Shown one piece after another: positions 28,335-42,377 of a stretch of 64,000 nucleotides of DNA. A program made the position numbers and the translations under genes. Positions within the stretch are counted from its first letter, which is position 1. Each line of letters opens with the position of its first letter. Source of the DNA: Clostridia bacterium. GTDB taxonomy: Bacteria > Bacillota > Clostridia > Christensenellales > CAG-138. Under the pieces are notes generated by a model, which did not search any database, was not told the DNA's origin, and was given only the letters and a program-made list of their open reading frames with translations. Location: contig JAFRRO010000091.1 of NCBI GenBank assembly GCA_017428025.1, positions 8,152-72,151 on the forward strand, given 5' to 3'.

Positions 28335-29582
28335 TCACGCCTCATCCTGCGCAAACAGAGCGCACAGATGCAGCAGGATCTCCACATTCTTCTCCATCGA
28401 CGGGATCGGCACGTACTCGAACCGTCCGTGCGCGTTCTCATAGCCCGCCGAGAGATTCGGACACGGCAGCCCGCGCCACGAGAGCGCCGAGCCGTCGGTG
28501 CCGCCGCGGAACGCGAGCGACTGCGGTTCTAAACCCGCCTTTCGGATCGCCGCGCAGAGATGCTCGATGAGATACGGATGTTGATCCACGACCTCCTTCA
28601 TGCTGCGATAGGTCTCGTCGATCGAAAGCGAGGCGTGTTCGCCGTATTGCGCGTTGATCGCGTCGGTGCATTTTTTGAGGTACGCTTCGCGGATCTCGAA
28701 CTGCGTGCGGTCGTGATCGCGGATGATGAGCTCGGCCTCCGCATGCTCGCACGCGCCGCGCACCGACAGCACATGGAAGAAGCCTTCGCGCCCGTCGGTG
28801 TACTGCGGTTTTTCGAAGCGCGGCAGCAGATTGAGCCACTCGGTCAGCAGATCGCAGGCGTTGATCATGATGCCCTTCGCGGTGCCGGTGTGGACGCTTC
28901 TGCCGGTAAACGTGACCTTCGCGTGCGACGCGTGGAACGTCTCGTCCTCATAGAAGCCGAGCCAGTCGCCGTCGAGCGTATAGGCGACCTTCGCGCCGAA
29001 GCGGGCAAGGTCGAGGTCCTTCGCAAGCCCGCCGACCTCCTCATCGGGCGTAAACGCGAGCGCGACCGGTCCGTGCAAAATCTCCGGATGCCGGAGAAGA
29101 TGCTCCGCAAAGGTCATCACCGAAGCGATCGCCGCCTTGTCGTCGCCGCCCAGCAGCGTCGTGCCGTCGGTCAGGATCAGATCCTGCCCGATGTAGTTTA
29201 AAAGGTTCGGGAAATCCTTCGGCGACATGACGATGCCCCGCTCCGCGTTCAGCAGGATATCGCCGCCGTCGTAGGCTTCGAGCACCCACGGTCTGACGTT
29301 CGCGCCCGGCGCGTCCGGCGCGGTGTCCATATGCGTCACCAGCCCGAAGGCGCGTCCGCCCCGCTGATTGGCGGGGATTTTTGCGTAGACGACGCAGTTG
29401 TGCTCGTCAAGCCAGACGTCGTCCGCGCCGATCAAACGCAGCTCGTCGACCAGTACGCGCGCAAGGTCGAACTGCTTCTGCGTGGTCGGCGTCGCCGTGC
29501 TCTTCGCGTCGGACTGCGTATCGATCTTTGCGTAGCGAATCAGGCGTTCCTTGACCTGTTCATAAAAGGGTGTCCGTTCCAT
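28335..29582 (-). CDS. pepT: Peptidase T (tripeptidase)
   Basis: IDTQSD, HMDTAPD, TDGTTLLGGDDKA, FTPDEEVG, RGGTDG. Confidence 0.93.
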   Translation of the reverse strand: MERTPFYEQVKERLIRYAKIDTQSDAKSTATPTTQKQFDLARVLVDELRLIGADDVWLDEHNCVVYAKIPANQRGGRAFGLVTHMDTAPDAPGANVRPWVLEAYDGGDILLNAERGIVMSPKDFPNLLNYIGQDLILTDGTTLLGGDDKAAIASVMTFAEHLLRHPEILHGPVALAFTPDEEVGGLAKDLDLARFGAKVAYTLDGDWLGFYEDETFHASHAKVTFTGRSVHTGTAKGIMINACDLLTEWLNLLPRFEKPQYTDGREGFFHVLSVRGACEHAEAELIIRDHDRTQFEIREAYLKKCTDAINAQYGEHASLSIDETYRSMKEVVDQHPYLIEHLCAAIRKAGLEPQSLAFRGGTDGSALSWRGLPCPNLSAGYENAHGRFEYVPIPSMEKNVEILLHLCALFAQDEA

Positions 29583-29716
29583 TCCGATGCCTCCCGAATC
29601 TCTTTGATTCTATCATACACGCGCGCCGCCCGCGTTGCAAGCGGGTTTTTTGAAACTTGCCCTTTCTTTTTTGCGCATGCTGTGGTATCATAAAAAAGTT
29701 AAGGAGAGTTTGAACC

Positions 29717-31405
<1,689 letters not shown>

Positions 31406-31406
31406 T

Positions 31407-32687
31407 ATGCTGGATATCAGGCTTGTCCGGTCGAATCCGGACCTCGTAAAGGAAAACATCAAAAAGAAGTTTCAGGATGAAAAGCTCGTCCTCGTCGACG
31501 AAGTGCTTGCGTTCGACAAGGAATACCGCGAAGCGCATGTGCGCGGCGATTATCTCAGAAATCAGCGCAACGTCATCAGTAAGTCCATCGGCATGATGAT
31601 GGCGCACGGCGAGCGCGAAAAGGCGGAGGAAGCCAAGAAGCAGGTCGGCGCGATGGCGAAGGAGATGGCGGACCTCGAAGTGCGCGAGACGGAGCTCGAA
31701 GCCGAGATCCGCAAGCGCATGCTGGTGATTCCGAACATCATCGACGAAACGGTGCCGATCGGCAAAGACGACTCCGAAAACGTCGAGATCGAACGCTTCG
31801 GCGAGCCGAAGGTGCCGGACTTCGAGATCCCGTACCATGTGGACATCATGGAGCGCATGAACGGCATCGATCTCGATTCCGCGCGCAAGACGAGCGGCAA
31901 CGGCTTCTACTATCTCATGGGCGACATCGCGCGCTTACACAGCGCGGTGCTGAGCTACGCGCGCGACTTTATGATCGACCGCGGCTACACCTACGTCGTG
32001 CCGCCGTTCATGATCCGTTCCGCGGTCGTCGACGGCGTCATGAGCTTTGCCGAGATGGAGAACATGATGTACAAGATCGAGGGCGAGGACCTCTATCTCA
32101 TCGGCACCTCCGAGCACAGCATGATCGGCCGCTTTATGAACACCTTCAACGACGAAGACAAGCTCCCGATCCGGCTCACGAGCTATTCGCCCTGCTTCCG
32201 CAAGGAGGTCGGCGCGCACGGCATCGAGGAGCGCGGCGTCTACCGCATCCACCAGTTCGAGAAGCAGGAGATGATCATCGTCTGCAAGCCCGAGGACAGC
32301 AAAAAGCTGTACAACGAGCTCTGGCAGAACACGGTCGACTTCTTCCGCTCGCTCGACATTCCGGTGCGCACGCTCGAGTGCTGCTCCGGCGATCTTGCGG
32401 ACCTCAAGGTCAAGAGCTGCGACGTCGAGGCGTGGTCGCCGCGGCAGCAGAAGTATTTCGAGGTCGGCAGCTGCTCGAATCTCGGCGACGCGCAGGCGCG
32501 CCGTCTCGGCATCCGCATCAAGAACAAGGAGAAGGGCAACTACTTCGCGCATACGCTGAACAACACGGTCGTCGCGCCGCCGCGCATGCTGATCGCCTTC
32601 CTCGAGAACAACCTGCAGGCGGACGGCACGATCCGCATCCCCGAGGTGCTCCGCCCCTACATGGGCTTCAAGGAAACCATCAGATAA
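31407..32687 (+). CDS. serS: Serine--tRNA ligase
   Basis: MLDIRLVR, GTSEH, CFRKEVG, YRIHQFEKQE, EVGSCSN, HTLNNT. Confidence 0.96.
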   Translation: MLDIRLVRSNPDLVKENIKKKFQDEKLVLVDEVLAFDKEYREAHVRGDYLRNQRNVISKSIGMMMAHGEREKAEEAKKQVGAMAKEMADLEVRETELEAEIRKRMLVIPNIIDETVPIGKDDSENVEIERFGEPKVPDFEIPYHVDIMERMNGIDLDSARKTSGNGFYYLMGDIARLHSAVLSYARDFMIDRGYTYVVPPFMIRSAVVDGVMSFAEMENMMYKIEGEDLYLIGTSEHSMIGRFMNTFNDEDKLPIRLTSYSPCFRKEVGAHGIEERGVYRIHQFEKQEMIIVCKPEDSKKLYNELWQNTVDFFRSLDIPVRTLECCSGDLADLKVKSCDVEAWSPRQQKYFEVGSCSNLGDAQARRLGIRIKNKEKGNYFAHTLNNTVVAPPRMLIAFLENNLQADGTIRIPEVLRPYMGFKETIR

Positions 32688-32696
32688 AAACCGCAG

Positions 32697-32726
32697 AAAA
32701 AGGACTGCCGCGGCAGTCCTTTTTTT
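32697..32726. terminator. Bidirectional terminator
   Basis: AAAAAGGACTGCCGCGGCAGTCCTTTTT palindrome between serS and sigH. Confidence 0.7.
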
Positions 32727-32737
32727 CGTTCGGATGT

Positions 32738-33331
32738 TCATTTCCGGAAGCCTTCCAGCTTGCGCTTGACGCGCTGCATGGCGTTGTCGATCGATTTGCT
32801 CGGCTTTTCGAGCTTCGCCGCGATCTGCGGATAGGAATAGCCGCAAAGGTAAAGGTTCAGTACGCGCTGTTCCATCGGCGAGAGCACCTTCGAAAGATGC
32901 TGCACGAGCTGTTCGAAGTTTTCGCGCCCGATCACCACGTCCTCGGGATCCGCCACGCTCAGCGAACGCACCGTATCGAGCAGCGTCAGATCGCCGTCGG
33001 TCGTTTCGGACCGGTTCAGCGAGACGTAGTTGTTCAGTGGTCCGTGCTTTTTGCGCGTCGCCTGCTTGATCGCGGACAGGATCTGCCGCGTCACGCACAG
33101 TTCCGCAAAGCTCTTGAACGACGCCGCCTTGCTCCCGTCGTATTCGCACACCGCCTTGTACAGCCCGATCATGCCCTCCTGCACGAGGTCCTCGTGGTCC
33201 GCGCCGATCAGAAAATACGAATGTGCGCGCGAACGCACCAGCTGCTTGTACCGGTTGTACAGCAGCCGTTCGGCTTCCTCGTCGCCCTGCCGGATGCGGG
33301 CAAGCAGCGTTTCGTCGGTCGGCGCGCTCAT
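32738..33331 (-). CDS. sigH: RNA polymerase sigma-H factor
   Basis: YFLIGADHEDLVQEGMIGLYKA, FAELCVTRQI, KHGPLNNYVSL, KSIDNAMQRVKRKL. Confidence 0.93.
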   Translation of the reverse strand: MSAPTDETLLARIRQGDEEAERLLYNRYKQLVRSRAHSYFLIGADHEDLVQEGMIGLYKAVCEYDGSKAASFKSFAELCVTRQILSAIKQATRKKHGPLNNYVSLNRSETTDGDLTLLDTVRSLSVADPEDVVIGRENFEQLVQHLSKVLSPMEQRVLNLYLCGYSYPQIAAKLEKPSKSIDNAMQRVKRKLEGFRK

Positions 33332-34389
33332 GCTTCCGCGTCCTGCCGCTTCTTTTCAAACATCAGGATCGCCGCCGCAACGCCTGCGTTCAGCGAATCG
33401 ATGTGCCCCTGCATCGGGATCGACACGAGAAAATCGCAGTTGTCGCGCACGAGCTTCGAAAGCCCTTCGCCCTCGTTGCCGATGACGAGCGCCAGCGGTC
33501 CCTTGAGCACCTGCGTACGCATGTTTTCGCCCTTCATATCGGCGCCGGCAACCCAGAGCCCCGCGCTTTTGAGCTGCGCAAGCGCCGCGTTGATGTTGAC
33601 GACGCGCGCGATCTTGACGTATTCGGTCGCGCCCGCGCTCGCCTTGACCGCCGCCGCCGTAACGGAAGCGCTTCTGCGTTTGCCGATGACGACGCCGTGC
33701 GCGCCCGCGCAGTCCGCGCTGCGGATGATCGAGCCGAGGTTGTGCGGATCCTCGATCTCGTCGAGCACGACCACAAACGGCGCTTCGCCGCGCTCCTCCG
33801 CAACCGCCAGAATATCCGCGATCTCGCAGTAGGTCACGCCCGCCGCATAGGCGACGATGCCCTGATGGTTGGCGGTCTTGCCGCCGTGTCCGAACGGCAT
33901 GCACAGCTCGTCCAGCTTTTTGCGGTCAACCTCCCGCACGACCAGCTTCTGCTCGCGCGCAAGCATCACGATCTCGCCGAGCGAGCCGTCGCGCTCGTTC
34001 GTGACCAGGATGCGGTCGATGCTCCGACCGCTCTTGATCGCTTCGCGCACCGCGTTGCGTCCGATCAGCAGATACGGCTGTTCGTCGGTCTCGTTCTGCT
34101 GCTCGCGCGGCTTGCGTTCGTCAAAGTCCCGCTTGCGGTCATAAGGCTTTTGATTCTCGTCCCTGCGGAACGGCTTTTTGCCGTAGGGCTTGTCGTCGTT
34201 TTGCCGGTTGAACGGCTTTTTGCCGTAGGGCTTGTCGTCGTTCTGCCGGTTGAACGGCTTTTTGCCGTAGGACTTGTCGTCGTCATAGCGCTTGCCGCCG
34301 TTCTTCGCGCCGTAACCGCGGTTCTCGCCGCGCACGCCCGTGTCCTTCGAGGAGGGACGCTTCGGGAAATCATTCTTTTGATACGTCAT
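33328..34389 (-). CDS. rlmB: 23S rRNA Gm2251 methyltransferase with an N-terminal low-complexity extension
   Basis: GRNAVREA, HQGIVA, DPHNLGSIIRSA, GNEGEGL, SLNAGVAA. Confidence 0.92.
   Translation of the reverse strand: MTYQKNDFPKRPSSKDTGVRGENRGYGAKNGGKRYDDDKSYGKKPFNRQNDDKPYGKKPFNRQNDDKPYGKKPFRRDENQKPYDRKRDFDERKPREQQNETDEQPYLLIGRNAVREAIKSGRSIDRILVTNERDGSLGEIVMLAREQKLVVREVDRKKLDELCMPFGHGGKTANHQGIVAYAAGVTYCEIADILAVAEERGEAPFVVVLDEIEDPHNLGSIIRSADCAGAHGVVIGKRRSASVTAAAVKASAGATEYVKIARVVNINAALAQLKSAGLWVAGADMKGENMRTQVLKGPLALVIGNEGEGLSKLVRDNCDFLVSIPMQGHIDSLNAGVAAAILMFEKKRQDAEA
34168..34283. repeat. 42-bp coding tandem repeat, about 2.8 copies, in the rlmB 5' region
   Basis: GAACGGCTTTTTGCCGTAGGGCTTGTCGTCGTT.TGCCGGTT units at 34168, 34210 and 34252, encoding DDKPYGKKPFNRQN. 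Confidence 0.9.
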
Positions 34390-34831
34390 AGTCGCTTTCC
34401 TTTCCGGAAGATTCCGAGTGTTCCAAAATGAGCTGCATCAGTTCGCCTATGCGCGCGTCCGCGCCCTTGAGATACAGATGCCCGAGCATCGATTCGAGCC
34501 CCGTCGCCACGCGGTAGTCGCGCACGTTCGCGTGCTTGGGCACGGTGCCGCTGTGCGCGTTGCGGCCGCGGCGAAACGCCGCCTGCTCCTCCTCGTTCAG
34601 CCGGTCCGCGATGCAGCGGTATGCTTCCGCCTGCCCTTTCGCGCAGACGCGCTTGGCGGCTTCGAGGTGCAGCGCGTGCACCTGCATGCGAAGCGTCTCC
34701 GCAAGATAGGTGCGCACATAGAGATCGAAGATCGTGTCGCCGAGATACGCCAGCGTCAGCGCGGGCAGCGACAGCGGATCGGCGGGACGCTCGATCCGAA
34801 GCGTGTTCAGAATGTCGGAGTGAATGCTCAT
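34370..34831 (-). CDS. mrnC: Mini-ribonuclease III
   Basis: LTLAYLGDTIFDLYVR, VCAKGQA, RRGRNA, YRVATGLESMLGHLYL. Synteny with rlmB-sigH. Confidence 0.9.
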   Translation of the reverse strand: MSIHSDILNTLRIERPADPLSLPALTLAYLGDTIFDLYVRTYLAETLRMQVHALHLEAAKRVCAKGQAEAYRCIADRLNEEEQAAFRRGRNAHSGTVPKHANVRDYRVATGLESMLGHLYLKGADARIGELMQLILEHSESSGKESDYDVSKE

Positions 34832-35018
34832 ACACAATTATGATACCTTTTTTTGCGGGGAAAGGCAACAGAAATCTTTCGTCCGGCGCAGAAAATCCGC
34901 CGTTTTTGTGCGGTTGCGTTTCGTTCCGGTCTGTGATATACTCATATACGTGGAAGTTTCCGCATACCCCTCCCCCAAAGCGGGCGTGGGGAATTCGACG
35001 GTTCGGAAAGGAACGGGT

Positions 35019-35624
35019 ATGTATCTGATCACAGGGCTCGGCAATCCCGGGCTGAGTTACGCAAAAACACGGCACAACGCAGGGTTCCAGGCGTTGGACG
35101 TCCTCGCGAAGCGCCTCAACGTGCGCGTCAAGACGAAGGGCTTTTCGGCGCTGTACGGCGAGGGGCGCATCGACGGCGAGCGCGTGATCCTGATGAAGCC
35201 GCAAACCTATATGAACAATTCCGGCGAGGCGGTGCAGAGCCTGCTGCACTTCTATAAGCTCGAACCGGACCGCATGATCGTGCTCTGCGACGACATCGAT
35301 CTGCCGCTCGGCAGCCTTCGCATCCGCGCGAACGGCTCGGCGGGCACGCACAACGGGATGCGCTCGATCATCGCCTGCGTCCATTCCGAGAACTTTGCGC
35401 GCATCCGCATCGGCGTCGGCAAGGACGAAAGCCTGCTGCTGCGCGATTTCGTGCTGAAGCGCCCGTCAAAGGCGGAGCAGGCGGCGCTTTGCGAGGTCTT
35501 CGAGCATGCCGCCGACGCCGCGATCCTGATCGTGCAGGGGAACCTCAACGAGGCGCAGATGAAGTACAACAAGAAGCATGAGAAGAATCGTTCCGTCTCG
35601 ATCGACGGACACAAGGAGGAATAA
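35019..35624 (+). CDS. pth: Peptidyl-tRNA hydrolase
   Basis: GLGNPG..Y..TRHNAGF, KPQTYMNNSG, GSAGTHNG, RIRIGVG. Confidence 0.95.
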   Translation: MYLITGLGNPGLSYAKTRHNAGFQALDVLAKRLNVRVKTKGFSALYGEGRIDGERVILMKPQTYMNNSGEAVQSLLHFYKLEPDRMIVLCDDIDLPLGSLRIRANGSAGTHNGMRSIIACVHSENFARIRIGVGKDESLLLRDFVLKRPSKAEQAALCEVFEHAADAAILIVQGNLNEAQMKYNKKHEKNRSVSIDGHKEE

Positions 35625-35654
35625 TATGGTGCAAATTTGCACCATGTAAATGCG

Positions 35655-39074
<3,420 letters not shown>

Positions 39075-39133
39075 CGCCCGCAAAACAGGGTATAATGAGA
39101 CGATCTTTCGGAAAGGACACTTTACATACGAAT

Positions 39134-40573
39134 ATGAAGCAAACAACCAAACTGATTGCGCTGCTGCTGGCCGCAGCGATGGCGCTGTCCTTCGCGGGCT
39201 GCCTGGTCCCGGATAAGGACAAGGAAGCGGACGCAACCGTTGCGCCGAAAACCGACGGTCCGGCCGTCGACACCTCGAACTACGATCGCGACGCCGTTGC
39301 GATCGAGCTCGGCAGCGTCAAGATCACCGCTGGCGAGATCGAGGATTCCTACAACTATTACGTCAGCATGCTCGAGAGCTACTACGGCGTGCAGATCACG
39401 GACGACGAATCGATCAAGGAATACCGCGACATGGCGATCAACGACCTGATCCGCTACTATCTGCCGCAGTGGAAGGCGGAGACGCTCGGCGTCAAGCTGT
39501 CGGCGGAGGAAGAAGCCGCGATCGAACAGGACGTCAATCAGCAGATTGAGGATCTGCGCACCAGCCTGATCTGCGAGTACGCATACTATTACGGCGGCGC
39601 GGCGGAGATCGCGGACGACATCGCAAAGCTCTCCGAAGAGGAGCTGGACCTCGCGATGGAACAGATCAACGCGGAGCTGACCGAGTATTTCTACGAGGGC
39701 TATACGCTCGAGCAGTATCTTGCCGAGCAGCAGAAGAGCATGATGGGCGACCGCAGCGCTTCGGCTCTGACCGACAAGCTGCGCGAAGAACAGATCAAGG
39801 AACTCACCGTGACCGACGAACAGGTGGATGCGTGGTACGCGTCCGCGCTCGCGTCGCAGCAGGAGGAGATTGAAAAGGATCCGCTCGCGTATCGCGATTA
39901 TGCGGAATCGTTCCGCGACGGCGATTCTGCGGTTCCGGCGCTGGTCGTGCCGGAAGGCGTGCTGCGCGTGCAGCTGATCGAGATCGCGCCGGAAGCGGAA
40001 CGCGACCTCAAGATCGAAACGAACCGCGCCGAGATGGCGGAGCTGGAAGCGGAGTACGGCAGGCTCGCGCTCAACGGCGAAAAGACGGAGCGTCAGGAGG
40101 AGATCCTTGCGCGCTATCTGGAGCTCAAGACGGAAAACGACGTGCTCGAAGAGGCGTTCATCGGCGATGCGCGCATGCGGATCAACCGCGCGTATGAAGC
40201 GCTCGAGGAGGAAACGCCGTTTGAGGACGTCATGAAGCAGTACAACGTCGACGGCTTCACCGGCGAAACCCTGCTGTACACGGAAGGCGACGAGCGCTAC
40301 GGCGAACTGTGCGACTATGCGGCGGAACTGCTTGTCGGCACGTATTCCGAGCCGATCCTGATCGACGATGTGTACTATATCGTCATGCTGATCGAGAAAC
40401 CGCAGGCGGGCGTGGTCGACCGCGCGACGATTGCCGATGCAATCCGGGCGGCCGCCGCGGCGAACGCGCAGGACGAAGCATGGACGGCGCTCTATGCGGA
40501 ATGGGAAAAGGAAGCCGCAACGGCCGCGATCCGTCACGAGGACGCGTACGCCGCAATCGGTTATCTGAACTGA
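39134..40573 (+). CDS. PrsA/SurA-like lipoprotein foldase
   Basis: Lipobox SFAGC; SurA-N-like helices; degenerate parvulin segments FEDVMKQY and GTYSEPILIDDVYYIV. Position after mfd is typical. Confidence 0.6.
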   Translation: MKQTTKLIALLLAAAMALSFAGCLVPDKDKEADATVAPKTDGPAVDTSNYDRDAVAIELGSVKITAGEIEDSYNYYVSMLESYYGVQITDDESIKEYRDMAINDLIRYYLPQWKAETLGVKLSAEEEAAIEQDVNQQIEDLRTSLICEYAYYYGGAAEIADDIAKLSEEELDLAMEQINAELTEYFYEGYTLEQYLAEQQKSMMGDRSASALTDKLREEQIKELTVTDEQVDAWYASALASQQEEIEKDPLAYRDYAESFRDGDSAVPALVVPEGVLRVQLIEIAPEAERDLKIETNRAEMAELEAEYGRLALNGEKTERQEEILARYLELKTENDVLEEAFIGDARMRINRAYEALEEETPFEDVMKQYNVDGFTGETLLYTEGDERYGELCDYAAELLVGTYSEPILIDDVYYIVMLIEKPQAGVVDRATIADAIRAAAAANAQDEAWTALYAEWEKEAATAAIRHEDAYAAIGYLN

Positions 40574-40623
40574 GCATTGGGGGAGACGGCGTCTCCCCTT
40601 CATCAATAAAGGAGGAAATGACG

Positions 40624-41049
40624 ATGTATTGTACCAAGTGCGGCAAACAGCTTCCCGACGACGCCGCGTTCTGCGACGCCTGCGGCGCGCGCTTCGCGCC
40701 CGAACCCTCTGAACCCGAACTGCAGTTTGATCCGCCGAAGACCAAGGCGGAGCCGAAACAGCCCGAAGTGTCGAACGCCTTCCGTAAGTGGGTGAAGGAA
40801 CAGGGCCTGTTCTGCCTGATCGCAAAGGCGGTCGCCGTCACCGTGATGACGTTCTATCTGCTGGTCGCGATCGTGCATATGATCTCGCTGGCCGTCGCCG
40901 GCTATCCGGGCGGCACGATCTTCGCGCAGTTCTTTGCGGAGCTGCTGCAGGGACTTTCCTACGGCGTCATCATCTGGCTGCTCAGCGACGCCGTCCTGTA
41001 TCTCCAGAACCTTCTCAAGATCAAAAAGCAGGAACTCAAGAACAAATAA
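40624..41049 (+). CDS. Zinc-ribbon domain membrane protein
   Basis: MYCTKCGKQLPDDAAFCDACG plus two TM helices; SD GGAGG. Confidence 0.8.
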   Translation: MYCTKCGKQLPDDAAFCDACGARFAPEPSEPELQFDPPKTKAEPKQPEVSNAFRKWVKEQGLFCLIAKAVAVTVMTFYLLVAIVHMISLAVAGYPGGTIFAQFFAELLQGLSYGVIIWLLSDAVLYLQNLLKIKKQELKNK

Positions 41050-41060
41050 AAAACCGCAAA

Positions 41061-41088
41061 AAAAGAGGGCTGCGCACAGCCCTCTTTT
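41061..41088. terminator. Bidirectional terminator
   Basis: AAAAGAGGGCTG-CGCA-CAGCCCTCTTTT. Confidence 0.75.
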
Positions 41089-41097
41089 GTCGTTGTC

Positions 41098-42309
41098 TTA
41101 TGCGAGCTTCTTTTCGAGACGCGCGCGGATGGCGCGGATGAAGTCGATCGTGTTGACCGCGGTGGGGGTGATGCCCTCGACGAGGTTCACGAGGTCCTTC
41201 GTCATGATGCCGTCCTTGAGCGTGTCGATGCAGGATTCCTCCAGCTTCTGACCGAACGCCACGAGCTCGGGCAGGTTGTCGAGCTCGCCGCGCTTTTTGA
41301 GCGCGCCGCTCCAGGCATAGATCGTCGCCATCGGGTTGGTGGAGGTCTCCTCGCCCTTGAGGTACTTATAGTAGTGCCGCGTGACGGTGCCGTGCGCCGC
41401 TTCGAACTCGAAGTTGCCGTCCGGGCTGCACAGCACGGAGGTCATCATCGCGAGCGAACCGAACGCCGTGGAAACCATGTCGCTCATGACGTCGCCGTCG
41501 TAGTTCTTGAGTGCCCAGATGAAGCCGCCCTTACTGCGGATGACGCGCGCAACGGCGTCGTCGATCAGGGTGTAGAAGTAGGTCAGACCGAGCTTTTCGA
41601 ACGTCTCTTTGTAGTCCTTCTCGTAGACTTCCTGGAAGATGTTGCGGAAGTTCATGTCGTACTTCTTACTGATCGTATCCTTTGCGGAGAACCACAGATC
41701 CTGCTTCGTTTCGATCGCGTACTTGAAGCAAGAATGGGCGAACGAGGTGATCGAGGTGTCCTTGTTGTAGATGCTCTGCAGCACGCCGGGGCATTCAAAG
41801 TCGTAGACCGTCTCGCGGAAGCTTGCGCCGTTTTCGCCGGTGAAGACGAGCTCCGCCTTGCCCTTTTCGGGGACGCGGTATTCGGTGCCCTTGTAGAGAT
41901 CGCCGTACGCGTGACGGGCGATCGTGATCGGCAGCTCCCAGTTCTTGACGACCGGCTTGATGTTGTCGATGATGATCGGCGCGCGGAACACGGTGCCGTC
42001 GAGGATCGCACGAATCGTGCCGTTCGGGCTCTTCCACATCTCGTGCAGGTTGTACTCGGTCATGCGCTGCGCGTTCGGCGTGATCGTGGCGCACTTGACG
42101 CCGACGCCGTACTTCTTGATCGCGTTGCCCGCGTCCTTGGTGATCTGATCCTTCGTCTCGTCGCGCTTCGGAAGGCCGAGGTCATAGTATTCGGTCTTGA
42201 GGTCGACAAACGGCAGAAGCAGTTCGTCCTTGATCATCTTCCAGATGATTCTGGTCATTTCGTCGCCGTCCATCTCGACGAGCGGCGTGGTCATTTTGAT
42301 CTTTTCCAT
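41098..42309 (-). CDS. icd: NADP-dependent isocitrate dehydrogenase (type II)
   Basis: [47 protein letters not shown]. Confidence 0.96.
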   Translation of the reverse strand: MEKIKMTTPLVEMDGDEMTRIIWKMIKDELLLPFVDLKTEYYDLGLPKRDETKDQITKDAGNAIKKYGVGVKCATITPNAQRMTEYNLHEMWKSPNGTIRAILDGTVFRAPIIIDNIKPVVKNWELPITIARHAYGDLYKGTEYRVPEKGKAELVFTGENGASFRETVYDFECPGVLQSIYNKDTSITSFAHSCFKYAIETKQDLWFSAKDTISKKYDMNFRNIFQEVYEKDYKETFEKLGLTYFYTLIDDAVARVIRSKGGFIWALKNYDGDVMSDMVSTAFGSLAMMTSVLCSPDGNFEFEAAHGTVTRHYYKYLKGEETSTNPMATIYAWSGALKKRGELDNLPELVAFGQKLEESCIDTLKDGIMTKDLVNLVEGITPTAVNTIDFIRAIRARLEKKLA

Positions 42310-42377
42310 ACGTTCCTCCTGTGAATATTTGCACATGTAAACGCCGGCGGAGCGTCCGCCCCGCCGACGGTTTCGGC

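Noticed and set aside
29583-29716. T-box leader upstream of argS-serS
   Set aside because: The gap is only 134 bp, holds divergent promoters and has no T-box consensus or terminator.
34168-34283. CRISPR-like periodic repeat
   Set aside because: The units are contiguous with no unique spacers, the length is a multiple of 3, they lie inside rlmB, and no cas genes are present.
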